Positions 13,696 through 23,375 of a stretch of DNA of 64,000 bases are shown piece by piece; the stretch's first letter is position 1, and every line of letters begins with the position of its first letter. The notes beneath the pieces were generated by a model. That model had not been told where the DNA came from and searched no databases. It saw only the letters and a list, made by a program, of their open reading frames with translations. This DNA is from a virus. Both the position numbers and the translations under genes were made by a program. The stretch covers positions 32,001 to 96,000 of the IMG/VR virus record IMGVR_UViG_3300042691_037350, one strand, 5' to 3'.

Positions 13696-16280
13696 AAGAA
13701 AGAATAAGGCTTAGAAGAGATACTTCGTTAAATTGGAGTACTAATAATCCTGTGCTTGGCAGTGGTGAGCCTGGTGTAGAGTTAGATTCTAATAGAATAA
13801 AAATAGGCAATGGTAATGATTCATGGAACTTATTACCATATATGCTAGGCAATATTTCTGGATTAGAGCTAACCTTTGGCAACGGACAAGTTAATAGTTT
13901 ATACTGGGATGCTGGAGAAAGGTTGGATATAGTTGGTTCTGGGGATACAGCTATATATTTTGATGATACTAATAATATAATAACTATATATAGTAGTGGG
14001 TCATCTTTAGGCGCAATTACTGGTGCTCTAGGTTATATTCCTCAACCTTCTGGAAATTATAGCACTATTGGACATATACACGCTATTGCTGATATTAGTG
14101 GACTACAAAATACTTTAGATAGCAAACAATCTACTGGCATATATGCTAGTGGAGTACATTATCATCAGATTACTGATATTAGTGGCTTAGTTAATGAGCT
14201 TAACAGTAAACAACCAGTAGGTTCTTATGCACCAGCCAACCATAATCATCCCCTATATATTTCTAATGGTGCCAATAGAGTAATATCATATAATACTGGA
14301 GAAGATTTAATTATTGCTGGTAGTGGATCTACTAATGTATTTTTTAATGATGCTGCTAATGCTATAATTATTAGTAGTAGCGGAGGTGGTATTGGAAGTT
14401 ATTTTGCTGGCTCTGGTATCAATATCGTTGGTGCAGAAATTAGCAATACGGGAGTATTATCATTTAATGGTCGTAGGGGAGAGGTGACTTTAACTAGCGG
14501 AGATATTGCTCCATTAATATCTCTACAGAGCGTTCAAGGCGTACAAGGTATTACTGGATCTACGGGTAGTCAAGGTGTTCAGGGTATTACTGGAAGTACG
14601 GGCTCTACGGGTAGTCAGGGTGTTCAAGGTATCCAAGGTATTACCGGTCCCGTAGCTGGTAGCGCTAATCAAGTGGTATATAAAAATGCTAGTAATACAG
14701 TTACGGGATCTAATAACCTCACATTCTCCGACGCTGTATCACAACTGACAGTTAGTGGATCTATTGTAGGATCTTCAGGTGATTTAAATACTTTAAAATT
14801 TTCTACTATAGATGTATCTAGCCTACCAGCGTCCACAGGATTATCTTCTAGCGGAGTTGTGATCGTTGTTGAACCAACAGGTATCGTAACCACATATAAA
14901 TTAACAGGAGATGGATTAAGATCATCGCTATTAGCGCAACCAGCACAACTAAGATTCCGACAAGGTACAGAAGCTGAAAGACTATTAATAACCCCAGCTA
15001 GTGGAGAACCGATTTGGACTACAGATACTCAACGATTCTATATTGGAGACGGAAGCACTAGTGGAGGAGACTTTATCGGTCCGGGACCATATAGATATGC
15101 GGGAACCGGATATACAAATATAGCGCCAATACATTCTACTATAGGATATATTAGTGGAACTTTTTCAAATATTCTTGGAGGATACAATAATACTGTTAGT
15201 GGTATATATCTATCTATATCTAATGGTCAGCACAATACTATTACAGACACAACTGAGACATTTGGAACAACTGTGTCTGGTAATTCTAGCATAATTAATG
15301 GCACAGGCAATAGAATTCTGGAAGGAGGAGGATGCATTATCGGAGGAGGATATAGAAACTCTATATCAGGAGGATTTGGTAATGTTATAGTCGGAGGAGG
15401 AGATTCTTTTTGGGGAGGAAATAGTATAAGTGGTAGTCGTCATTTTATCGGAGCTGGCATCGGAAATATTATTGTTAGTGGTATTTGTAGTAGTATAGTA
15501 GGTGGAGGATTTAGAGGATTTGGAGCAAATTATGGTAATTTTGTTGCATCCAGTTTTGGTTTTATCGGAGGAGGAGATAGAAATATTATATCAACAGGAA
15601 GCCCATGGTCAGCTATAGTTAATGGATATAATAATGCCATATCATCAGGATGTACAGCATCAACGATTGGAGGAGGCGCAAATAATAACATATCTTATGT
15701 AACCGGATTAAATGTATTTTTTCCAATATTTGGTAGTCAAAACACAACAGCTCAGACAATAGGTGGAGGCTGGTCTAACACAGCATCTGCTTTGTATTCT
15801 ACAATCCCTGGAGGTTTTAGAGCTAAGACAACACGTTTTGGAGAGCTTGCTCACGCTGCCGGACATTTTGGTTTTATAGGAGATGCTCAACATACAACAC
15901 TGATCGCCAGAAACACTACCACAAATAATACTGCTAATCAAATACTTTATCTAGACGGAACCTCCCACTTATTAACTCTATCTGCTAAAACAACATCAGT
16001 GTTTAGTATTAAACTTAGTGCCTACAATGATACAGATAGTGCTGCTGCTGGTTGGATTTTCAGAGGAGTTGTTAAAAGAGATGGGGCTAATAATACTTCT
16101 ATAATTGGTAGTATAATAGAAGAAAATTGGAAAGAGTTATCTATGAGTTCCACTGTTGCAAATGTGGTGGCTAACGATACTACTGAATCTTTAGATATAT
16201 TAGTTACCGGATTAACAGGTAAAAATATTCGCTGGGTAGCTGTGATAGATATTAGTCAAGTTAGCTATGGAACACCATAA
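13692..16280 (+). CDS. Tail fibre protein with two Mtd_N/hyaluronidase-N-like domains, HxH fibre repeats, G-X-Q collagen-like repeats and GG-x-x-N beta-helix repeats
   Basis: RIRLRRDTSLNWSTNNPVLGSGEPGVELDSNRIKIGNG and QLRFRQGTEAER...GEPIWTTDTQRFYIGDG; HIHAIADISGLQNTLDSKQ repeat; GVQGITGSTGSQ repeats; many IxGGxxN units. Confidence 0.85.
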   Translation: MKERIRLRRDTSLNWSTNNPVLGSGEPGVELDSNRIKIGNGNDSWNLLPYMLGNISGLELTFGNGQVNSLYWDAGERLDIVGSGDTAIYFDDTNNIITIYSSGSSLGAITGALGYIPQPSGNYSTIGHIHAIADISGLQNTLDSKQSTGIYASGVHYHQITDISGLVNELNSKQPVGSYAPANHNHPLYISNGANRVISYNTGEDLIIAGSGSTNVFFNDAANAIIISSSGGGIGSYFAGSGINIVGAEISNTGVLSFNGRRGEVTLTSGDIAPLISLQSVQGVQGITGSTGSQGVQGITGSTGSTGSQGVQGIQGITGPVAGSANQVVYKNASNTVTGSNNLTFSDAVSQLTVSGSIVGSSGDLNTLKFSTIDVSSLPASTGLSSSGVVIVVEPTGIVTTYKLTGDGLRSSLLAQPAQLRFRQGTEAERLLITPASGEPIWTTDTQRFYIGDGSTSGGDFIGPGPYRYAGTGYTNIAPIHSTIGYISGTFSNILGGYNNTVSGIYLSISNGQHNTITDTTETFGTTVSGNSSIINGTGNRILEGGGCIIGGGYRNSISGGFGNVIVGGGDSFWGGNSISGSRHFIGAGIGNIIVSGICSSIVGGGFRGFGANYGNFVASSFGFIGGGDRNIISTGSPWSAIVNGYNNAISSGCTASTIGGGANNNISYVTGLNVFFPIFGSQNTTAQTIGGGWSNTASALYSTIPGGFRAKTTRFGELAHAAGHFGFIGDAQHTTLIARNTTTNNTANQILYLDGTSHLLTLSAKTTSVFSIKLSAYNDTDSAAAGWIFRGVVKRDGANNTSIIGSIIEENWKELSMSSTVANVVANDTTESLDILVTGLTGKNIRWVAVIDISQVSYGTP

Positions 16281-17506
16281 TGCATAATGCAGTGGGAATA
16301 CCTCTTAATTGTGGATCATTTATTGGATCCAATTCTCCGACCTATTCCTTTCATAAGCCAAGTATAGGGGGTGATGATTTTAGATTAATTGCAAGTCCTA
16401 TAACTAGAGTAATAAGTCAAGCATCTTCAGGAATTTTAATCAATAAAGATGTAAATTTATACAGAGTCAGTGGTGCTACTACTATTACTGATTACGCTAT
16501 TATCGTTAACCAATTAGTGCCTGGAACATATAATATTACAGTCACTAGTAGTGATACAGGCATATTAAGAAATCCTGACATTTATGGAGTATGTAGTGGA
16601 GTAGCATCGGGTACTGTGTTATTATTGGCTTCATCATCAGTTAATGGATCATTTAGTAGCATTAGTACATCTGTTAATAATCCCGTAGGCACAACAGGAG
16701 TATCTTTTATTGGGTATGTTTCTGGAAGTTTATCAAAAATGTGTTCTGATGCTATAGATGTTAGAATAGTTGATAAGGTAGCGTCTTTCTCGAAGCCCAT
16801 ATTTTCTACACAAAATCATAATAGTGGTATTTATGTTAGAAATACTGGATGCTGGGCTTCTGGTATTGATTTAACATGTATTAGTCCTTGGAACAGCACA
16901 GACAGTGTTAATAGGGCTGGGACTTTGATTAGTCCCAGGCACATTTTATTTGCTGCTCATTATCAAATTAATAATGGAGCAACTATTAGATTTGTAGATA
17001 ATAACAATAACATTATTACCAGAACCATGGTAAATAAATTAACTCATCCAAATTATACTCCATATCAACCAGACCTAACAATAGGTGTTTTGAACAGTGA
17101 TGTGCCGAGTAGTATTAAATTTGTTAAAATTTTACCCCAAAATTGGACAAATTATTTACCTAATTTATCATACAACTATGTAGTTCCGTGCTTGGTATTG
17201 GACCAAGAAGAAAAAGCTTTAATCAGTGATCTTATTAATTTATCTAGTGTTGCTAATTTTAGTATACCAAGGAACCCTAAAAGATATGAATTTTTTGAAA
17301 ATATTGTTGCTGGAGACAGTGGAAATCCAGCGTTTTTGATTATTAATGGAGAGTTAGTTTTGGTTACTGTCTGGACATATGGAGGTTCTGGCGCCGGAAC
17401 ACATATTGCTTATTATAAGGACGATATTAATACCATGATGATAGCTTTGGGTGGAGGTTACACTTTAACTGAAATATCTTTAAATGATTTAGCATATTAT
17501 GTTTGA
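16280..17506 (+). CDS. Trypsin/chymotrypsin-like (clan PA) serine protease with N-terminal Ig-like region, in the tail module
   Basis: GTLISPRHILFAAHY (His227), PDLTIGVL (Asp265), AGDSGNP (Ser347). The N-terminal VTSSDTGI...GVCSGVASGTVLL resembles Big_2 Ig-like domains. Confidence 0.85.
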   Translation: MHNAVGIPLNCGSFIGSNSPTYSFHKPSIGGDDFRLIASPITRVISQASSGILINKDVNLYRVSGATTITDYAIIVNQLVPGTYNITVTSSDTGILRNPDIYGVCSGVASGTVLLLASSSVNGSFSSISTSVNNPVGTTGVSFIGYVSGSLSKMCSDAIDVRIVDKVASFSKPIFSTQNHNSGIYVRNTGCWASGIDLTCISPWNSTDSVNRAGTLISPRHILFAAHYQINNGATIRFVDNNNNIITRTMVNKLTHPNYTPYQPDLTIGVLNSDVPSSIKFVKILPQNWTNYLPNLSYNYVVPCLVLDQEEKALISDLINLSSVANFSIPRNPKRYEFFENIVAGDSGNPAFLIINGELVLVTVWTYGGSGAGTHIAYYKDDINTMMIALGGGYTLTEISLNDLAYYV

Positions 17507-17622
17507 TTATATTACACAAACATAGCGGTGTATTACTATTTAGTTTCTCATAGTCAACAATATTCGACAAAAATGAATAGTATTAAACAAGCATCATCTA
17601 TAGAAGAATTGGATAGTATTAT

Positions 17623-18156
17623 ATGACTAATATATTTAACAATGTTTTTACTCCGGAATTCAAGGGGTTGTTTAATAATGCTATAGATGCTATTTTAGAA
17701 CAAAATGCCCTTAGTCTGCCTTGTAAATTAATATATTCCAATACCAACCCAGTGTTATGTAATAATTGCATCTTCGATCCTTTATCTAATCGATCTTTAA
17801 ATAAGTATAACGGCACCGGACCATCCCCATTTGGAGATCTTAGTATATGCCCTGTGTGTAATGGTTTTGGTTTTGATGCATCCAATAAAGAAGAACTAGT
17901 TTATTTAGCAGTCTTATTCGACAGTAAACATTGGTTTAACTGGAATTCTAAATCTAATACTATTCGCGTACCAGATGGTATGGTACAAACTATTTGTAAG
18001 TCTGATTTACTTCCCAAAATTAGAAATGCAGATAGGGTTTTAATAGATACAAACAAAGAAAATTATGGGTCTTATTATTATACCAGAGCAAACGATCCTG
18101 AGTTTGCTGGTTTTGGAGATACAAGATACATATTTACAATGTGGCAGAGATCCTAA
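17623..18156 (+). CDS. Putative head-closure/neck protein with two CxxC motifs
   Basis: 177 aa with CNNC and CPVC. Position ahead of the terminator-like and tube genes supports the call (inference). Confidence 0.5.
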   Translation: MTNIFNNVFTPEFKGLFNNAIDAILEQNALSLPCKLIYSNTNPVLCNNCIFDPLSNRSLNKYNGTGPSPFGDLSICPVCNGFGFDASNKEELVYLAVLFDSKHWFNWNSKSNTIRVPDGMVQTICKSDLLPKIRNADRVLIDTNKENYGSYYYTRANDPEFAGFGDTRYIFTMWQRS

Positions 18157-18800
18157 TGAAAATTACATTTAGATTGGTAGATAGTGATTCTGATATTCAA
18201 AAACAAATTTTAAATTTACTTAAAGATACTATGGATAAAGCTTTTAAACAATGTTTGCCTAAAATAAAACATAGAGTTAAACAAGAAGTCAAAGACGCTA
18301 TTGTTACTGAACCAGAATATCAATCGTTAATTGGAGGTAAACTAAAATATGAATTTGGTATTCCTTCGAGTCAAAAAATAGAATCTATTATAGATATTTG
18401 GATTAATAATATTACTATAAATTATAGCGGTATTAAAATTGGAGGAAGGGGATTGAGCGGCAGTTTATCTCTTGGAATGATTAGATCTTCTTATGATGAT
18501 GTCTTAGCTAATGATGGAGCCACAGTAGTAGATAGTCAATCGGGAGCAGTATTACCTTGGTTAGAATGGTTATTATTATATGGTGGTAAAATCATTGTGA
18601 GAGACTATAAAGTTCAAATAGCCCCCAATTCTAGATCAAGAACAGGAATGGCAATTATGGTGCAGTCTGGTGGTAGTAATTGGAGAGTACCACCAGAGTT
18701 TGCTGGCACAGCTTCTAATAATTGGATAACTAGAGCATTAGATAAAATAGATTCAAAAATTACAGACATACTAGAAGAAGAACTGGAGAAAGCAATATGA
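18156..18800 (+). CDS. Putative neck/tail-completion protein
   Basis: ATG 18156 overlaps the upstream TAA (TAATG). The C-terminal VPPEFAGTASNNWITRALD resembles tail-completion protein ends. Called mainly from synteny. Confidence 0.5.
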   Translation: MKITFRLVDSDSDIQKQILNLLKDTMDKAFKQCLPKIKHRVKQEVKDAIVTEPEYQSLIGGKLKYEFGIPSSQKIESIIDIWINNITINYSGIKIGGRGLSGSLSLGMIRSSYDDVLANDGATVVDSQSGAVLPWLEWLLLYGGKIIVRDYKVQIAPNSRSRTGMAIMVQSGGSNWRVPPEFAGTASNNWITRALDKIDSKITDILEEELEKAI

Positions 18801-19756
18801 GTTGTGAAGATTATACTCGTTTTAATAATGTTTCTAGTATAGGTCAAAATTTTTTAATAGAACAATTAGAAGACAATATAAAGAGTTTTCTTGATTGGGG
18901 CTTACTAAATATAGGCGGATTTGTTAATGTAGATATCCCAACCAGTGGAATTAATAGTAATTTACCCCATCAACTAAAACAAACCAACGATCCTGGCTTT
19001 GTGACTGGTAGAGTATGGCAAACTACTAGAAAAGATTTGGTTTGGGAAACTGGCGTTAATTTTAATGGATATAGTCCCAATAACATTTCTGGTGTTAAAA
19101 TAAACAATACTTTATATCCAGCTCCAACAGGAAGTGGTTCTTATGGTTATTATATAAATTATCCTATGGGTAGAGTAATTTTTAATAATCCTGTTTCTAA
19201 TGTTGCTCCAGTGATGGAGTATAGCTATAGATGGTGTCAAGTTTATAAAGCTAGTAGTTCGCCCTGGTGGACAGAACTACAAGGCGATCTATTAGACCCT
19301 AATCCTCAATTCTCTCAAAAAGATAAGGGAGATTTTAATATTACGGCCAATCACAGAGTCCAAATGCCCTGCATCATTATTGAGCCTATTTCTAGAAGTA
19401 GCTCTACTCCTTGGCAATTAGGCTCTAACGACTTTATGATAGATCAAGATATTTTATTACATATTTTTACCGAGAGAGCATCGGATAAAAATACTTTAGC
19501 CGATATTATTAGACTACAAAAACACAAAACTATCTGGCTTTATGATATTAGAAAAGTAGTATCTAGCGGAGTTCATGGTTTGGATCATAGAGGAGCCATG
19601 AATATTAATGGTAAAATATATTCTGATTTAGTTATGAATCCAGATTATAGATGGCATAAATGTTTTTTTAAAGATGTGGCCATATTAGATATGGAAACCG
19701 ATAACAACACTCTTTTTTGGTGTACAATACGTTTGACGGCCGAAGTTATTATCTAA
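18797..19756 (+). CDS. Putative tail terminator-like protein
   Basis: 319 aa. VQMPCIIIE...QDILLHIFTE...DKNTLADII matches the alpha/beta pattern of tail terminators. Immediately upstream of the tube gene. Confidence 0.5.
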   Translation: MSCEDYTRFNNVSSIGQNFLIEQLEDNIKSFLDWGLLNIGGFVNVDIPTSGINSNLPHQLKQTNDPGFVTGRVWQTTRKDLVWETGVNFNGYSPNNISGVKINNTLYPAPTGSGSYGYYINYPMGRVIFNNPVSNVAPVMEYSYRWCQVYKASSSPWWTELQGDLLDPNPQFSQKDKGDFNITANHRVQMPCIIIEPISRSSSTPWQLGSNDFMIDQDILLHIFTERASDKNTLADIIRLQKHKTIWLYDIRKVVSSGVHGLDHRGAMNINGKIYSDLVMNPDYRWHKCFFKDVAILDMETDNNTLFWCTIRLTAEVII

Positions 19757-19792
19757 AATAAACTCTTAAAGTTCCAATAATCGGAGACTATT

Positions 19793-20824
19793 ATGTCAAA
19801 TAATCGTATTTTTTATGCTTGTCAAGCTGTTCAACTTAGGGGTCCTAGTGGTCTTACTCCTACAAACCCTGGCTGGGATACAGTAATGGGTTTACAAAGC
19901 GTTGGTATGAATACCAACTTTAATCTAGAACCTATTTATCAACTAGGTCAACTAGACTTATATGATAATTTTGAAGAAATTCCAGAAGTAGAAATTACTC
20001 TAAATAAAGTTCTTGATAGTAGTGCTACAATATATAGTATGGCTATGGGCTCCGGATCATTGGTCACTTTAGCCAATAATCGTTGTGGCGTAAGACTACT
20101 TTTATATCCTGATACTGTTACTCAGGCGACCGGAGTACCAATTGCTCAAGTAGAATGTGAACCCTCTTACCTATCATCTGTAACATATACTTTCCCCACT
20201 GAAGGTAATGCTACAGAAGAAGTTACTTTAGTTAGTAACGACAAGGTATGGGCAACTTCCTTGAGTGCTATTTCTGGTCAACCAGAACACTCTGTTCCTG
20301 GTGGCGTTGGTATTATTCGTCGTGGTTTAGTAAGTAAAACCGCTTCGTTATTTCCAACTGGTGTTACAGGAAATTCAGAAAACCTTGCTGCTTCTGGCGG
20401 TATTCCGCCAGGATTAGTGATTAGTAATGTTACAGTTAGTATGAATCTTGGTCGTGAGCAAATTCGTGAGCTTGGTAGTAGAACGCCCGTTGTTCGTTAT
20501 GTTAATTTCCCAGTTGAAGTAACATGTGAAATTGAAACCGTAGCAGATACCGGCGATATGATCGGTGTTGCTGGATCAAGTAGTACCGCATGTAACAATC
20601 CAAAGGCTCTACTTAATAAAGAAATTAAGATTGGTCTTTGCGATGGTATGGTTATTGATCTTGGTAAAAAATGTAAGTTGACTAGTGTTAATTATACTGG
20701 TGGTGATACGGGCGGTGGTAATGCTACTATTACTTATAGTTATCAGACTTATAACGCATTTACATACACACCACCTACAGGAGCCGCAAGCGACACATTA
20801 GCTCAAAGCGAAGTATTAGACTGA
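19793..20824 (+). CDS. Major tail tube protein (putative)
   Basis: 343 aa, beta-rich, with two similar halves (GLQSVGMNTNFNLEPIYQLGQ and SNVTVSMNLGREQIRELGS). GGAG RBS, followed by a terminator, upstream of chaperones and TMP. Confidence 0.7.
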   Translation: MSNNRIFYACQAVQLRGPSGLTPTNPGWDTVMGLQSVGMNTNFNLEPIYQLGQLDLYDNFEEIPEVEITLNKVLDSSATIYSMAMGSGSLVTLANNRCGVRLLLYPDTVTQATGVPIAQVECEPSYLSSVTYTFPTEGNATEEVTLVSNDKVWATSLSAISGQPEHSVPGGVGIIRRGLVSKTASLFPTGVTGNSENLAASGGIPPGLVISNVTVSMNLGREQIRELGSRTPVVRYVNFPVEVTCEIETVADTGDMIGVAGSSSTACNNPKALLNKEIKIGLCDGMVIDLGKKCKLTSVNYTGGDTGGGNATITYSYQTYNAFTYTPPTGAASDTLAQSEVLD

Positions 20825-20861
20825 TTATAGTTTTCAGTTTTTAGATAATAACAATAATATT

Positions 20862-20893
20862 AGGCATCACTTGACAAGAGTGGTGCCTTTTAT
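20862..20893 (+). terminator. Intrinsic terminator after the tail tube gene
   Basis: Stem AGGCATCACT / AGTGGTGCCT (one G-U pair), 7-nt loop, followed by a T-rich tract. Confidence 0.75.
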
Positions 20894-20948
20894 TATTTAT
20901 ATAGTGTCTATAATTTTAGATTAATGTTATTTTAAAAGGAACTATAAT

Positions 20949-21077
20949 ATGGAAGAATTATTTACATTGATAGGCAAACTATATTACGACCTAGTAAGAG
21001 CCCAAAGCATAATCGAAAATTTAAAAAAGCAACTAGATAGTGCGAAACTACCCTCTGCTGCTAATCATCAAGAGTAA
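20949..21077 (+). CDS. Small 42-aa hypothetical protein (absent from the ORF track)
   Basis: MEELFTLIGKLYYDLVRAQSIIENLKKQLDSAKLPSAANHQE. AAAGGA RBS 8 nt upstream; stop is 2 nt before the next start. Confidence 0.7.
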   Translation: MEELFTLIGKLYYDLVRAQSIIENLKKQLDSAKLPSAANHQE

Positions 21078-21079
21078 GA

Positions 21080-22111
21080 GTGTTAGATCAAAAATATATT
21101 GAATATTTAGTTCATAGGATATTATCAGGTAAAACAATATTTACTTACAATAATATTGTTTATGAACTATATAAACCAACACTGGAACTAAGATTACAAT
21201 CAGATTTAATATATCAAGAAACATACACTTCAAATCTCTATGATAATTTTTGGCTTCTAGAAGATATCCCCAATCTTGCGATAGAGATTGGCTTATTGGA
21301 TATTGGATATAAAAAAAATGTGGATCGTATAGAAAAAAATTTAGAAAATAATAAACTAGATTTATTTCAACAATATTTTGATTTGGAGAAACGAAAAAAA
21401 AATAAAAGTAAAATAGAACAAACAAAAAAACAATTAAATAAACTATACCAAGATTTACATTATTTAGATTATTTATCCCTAGAGCACTATTGTGAAAAAA
21501 TTAAAAATGAATTTTTGATTACTCATTCATTATACTATGCTCATAATACAACACTAGTATTTAATTATAAAAATATAGAATATAATTTTTTTAATAGTAT
21601 TATGTCAGAAATTTCTAATAATATAATACCTATAGAAACTTATAAAGAAATAGCTAGAAATGAATATTGGCGTAATTTATGGGCAAATAATAAATTTAAT
21701 ATTTTAAAAGATCCAGTCAATCAATGGTCAGATGAACAAAAAACTATTTTTAATATTTCAGCGATGTACGATAGAATCTATGAACATCCAGAAGCACCAG
21801 TAGAAGCAATTATATCTGATGATGATGCTCTAGATGGATGGATGATACATCAAAAGAGAGAAAATTTGAAGCAGAAACAAGAAAAAGGTGTAAATACTAT
21901 GTTGTCGGACAAAGTGCGTAATTCGTCCGAAATATTTTTAATGGCTCCAAATAAAGAACAAGCAGATACTATTAAGGAATTTAATACTGATCAGTCATTG
22001 AAAAAGATGCAGCAGAAGGTTGAGTTTGTCAAATCTCATCAAGGACCAGTCAAAGAATCTCAGTTGCCGGATGTAAGACAAGAAATTAGAGAAAAACTTA
22101 AAGGACAATAA
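21080..22111 (+). CDS. Hypothetical helical protein, candidate tail assembly chaperone
   Basis: 343 aa, charged and helical, with motif MYDRIYEHPEAP...DDDALDGW. Lies between tube and TMP. Confidence 0.5.
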   Translation: MLDQKYIEYLVHRILSGKTIFTYNNIVYELYKPTLELRLQSDLIYQETYTSNLYDNFWLLEDIPNLAIEIGLLDIGYKKNVDRIEKNLENNKLDLFQQYFDLEKRKKNKSKIEQTKKQLNKLYQDLHYLDYLSLEHYCEKIKNEFLITHSLYYAHNTTLVFNYKNIEYNFFNSIMSEISNNIIPIETYKEIARNEYWRNLWANNKFNILKDPVNQWSDEQKTIFNISAMYDRIYEHPEAPVEAIISDDDALDGWMIHQKRENLKQKQEKGVNTMLSDKVRNSSEIFLMAPNKEQADTIKEFNTDQSLKKMQQKVEFVKSHQGPVKESQLPDVRQEIREKLKGQ

Positions 22112-22113
22112 TT

Positions 22114-22416
22114 ATGTATGATCCAGATCGTTTGCGTTTTTATGTAGAAAAAAGAATTCAAACAACCATGATAGGCTCATTAGCTCGCATAGAAAAAAGC
22201 TTAGGATTTTTATGGGGACAGGATAAAGACCCGAATGAACCTCTCACACCAGAAGAAGAAAAGTTTGCAGACATATGGGACTATCTGCGTAATGATATCT
22301 TGAATTATGGAAATAATCAAATACGACAGCTAAAAGATGATTTTCATAAATATGGTGGAGTGTTCAAGAATACATATCAATATAATTTTCCAATCAAAAA
22401 GGATAACAACAAATGA
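22114..22416 (+). CDS. Hypothetical protein
   Basis: 100 aa, tightly coupled to both neighbours (ATGA overlap at the 3' end). Confidence 0.7.
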   Translation: MYDPDRLRFYVEKRIQTTMIGSLARIEKSLGFLWGQDKDPNEPLTPEEEKFADIWDYLRNDILNYGNNQIRQLKDDFHKYGGVFKNTYQYNFPIKKDNNK

Positions 22417-23291
22417 AAACTGAAAATTTTACTATTCAAAAAGACGATAAGGATGTTAATCTAGTTGTTCGTTCACCATCTTTAGAAGATCAAAGAGAGG
22501 CCCAAAAAGCATACAACCAAGCTTTCACTGATGCTATTAAATCTAAGGCTGTTGTTAGAGCAAAACTAGACGATTTATTAGAAGAACAGGGTCTATGGAA
22601 CAAAGAGAAACAGGCTAAGTTTACAGAGCTGCAACAGCAAATCCTAGACGGTGAAAAGAGATTGGCTAAAGGTGGCTTTAGTCTCAAAGAAGCTAAAAAC
22701 TTAGCTTTGGAAATGAAAAAGACCAGGGAAGAAATAAGAGACTTAATTAGTGTTAGAACATCATTAGATAATCATAGTGCTGAAGGCCAGGCCGATAATG
22801 CTAGATTTAACTACTTAGTATCATCTTGCGTGGTGTATAAAGATACTAATGATCGCTATTTTAAGAGCCTCGAAGATTATCTAAATAGATCGGATGATCC
22901 TGCGGCTTTGCTTGGCGCTCAGAAATTGGCTAATATGATTTATGGCTTAGATAATAATTTTGAGAAAAATTTACCAGAAAATAAGTTTTTACAAAGATAT
23001 AAATTTGTTGATGATAAATTGCGATTAATTGATAAACAGGGTCGTTTAGTAGATGCAGAAGGACGATTAGTAGATGAGAATGGCAGATTTATTAACGAGA
23101 AAGGTGAATTTGTTGATAAGTTTGGTAATAGAGTAGATGCAGAAGGCGAATACCTTGTTGAATCACAACCATTTTTAGACGATGACGGAAACCCAGTAGT
23201 TTTAGAAAATGAAAACACTACCAAAACAACAGAATCCGATCCTTCGTCTAGCACGCCAGAAAGTGTTAAAGAAGATTCATCAATCACATAA
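22413..23291 (+). CDS. Putative tail assembly chaperone with seven 7-aa D-x-x-G-R-L-V repeats
   Basis: 292 aa, coiled-coil N-terminal half, repeats at 23010-23156, directly upstream of TMP. Confidence 0.6.
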   Translation: MKTENFTIQKDDKDVNLVVRSPSLEDQREAQKAYNQAFTDAIKSKAVVRAKLDDLLEEQGLWNKEKQAKFTELQQQILDGEKRLAKGGFSLKEAKNLALEMKKTREEIRDLISVRTSLDNHSAEGQADNARFNYLVSSCVVYKDTNDRYFKSLEDYLNRSDDPAALLGAQKLANMIYGLDNNFEKNLPENKFLQRYKFVDDKLRLIDKQGRLVDAEGRLVDENGRFINEKGEFVDKFGNRVDAEGEYLVESQPFLDDDGNPVVLENENTTKTTESDPSSSTPESVKEDSSIT

Positions 23292-23322
23292 TAACTTCAT
23301 TTTATTATTAGCTTACTCAAGT

Positions 23323-23362
23323 ATAGCACCATGCTGTTCTATCAGCGTGGTGTTATTTTTTT
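23323..23362 (+). terminator. Intrinsic terminator/attenuator immediately upstream of the TMP gene
   Basis: 14-bp stem ATAGCACCATGCTG / CAGCGTGGTGTTAT (two G-U pairs), 6-nt loop, followed by a T run ending at 23362. Confidence 0.8.
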
Positions 23363-23375
23363 AGGAATATAAAAT

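Noticed and set aside
14530-14655. Short DNA repeats as a regulatory or contingency locus
   Set aside because: They are in-frame, synonymously varied codons for G-X-Q/G-S-T collagen-like triplets and are explained by the protein.
13692-16280. Diversity-generating retroelement suggested by Mtd_N-like domains
   Set aside because: No reverse transcriptase and no template/variable repeat pair differing at adenines was seen in the window. Mtd_N-like domains are common in non-DGR fibres.
20871-20900. TTGACA in the tube terminator loop as a sigma70 promoter
   Set aside because: No acceptable -10 hexamer lies at 16-18 nt spacing.
22390-22416. Programmed -1 frameshift (lambda G/GT-like) at C AAA AAG fusing 22114.. 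to 22413..
   Set aside because: The -1 frame hits TAA at 22404-22406 before reaching the downstream ORF.
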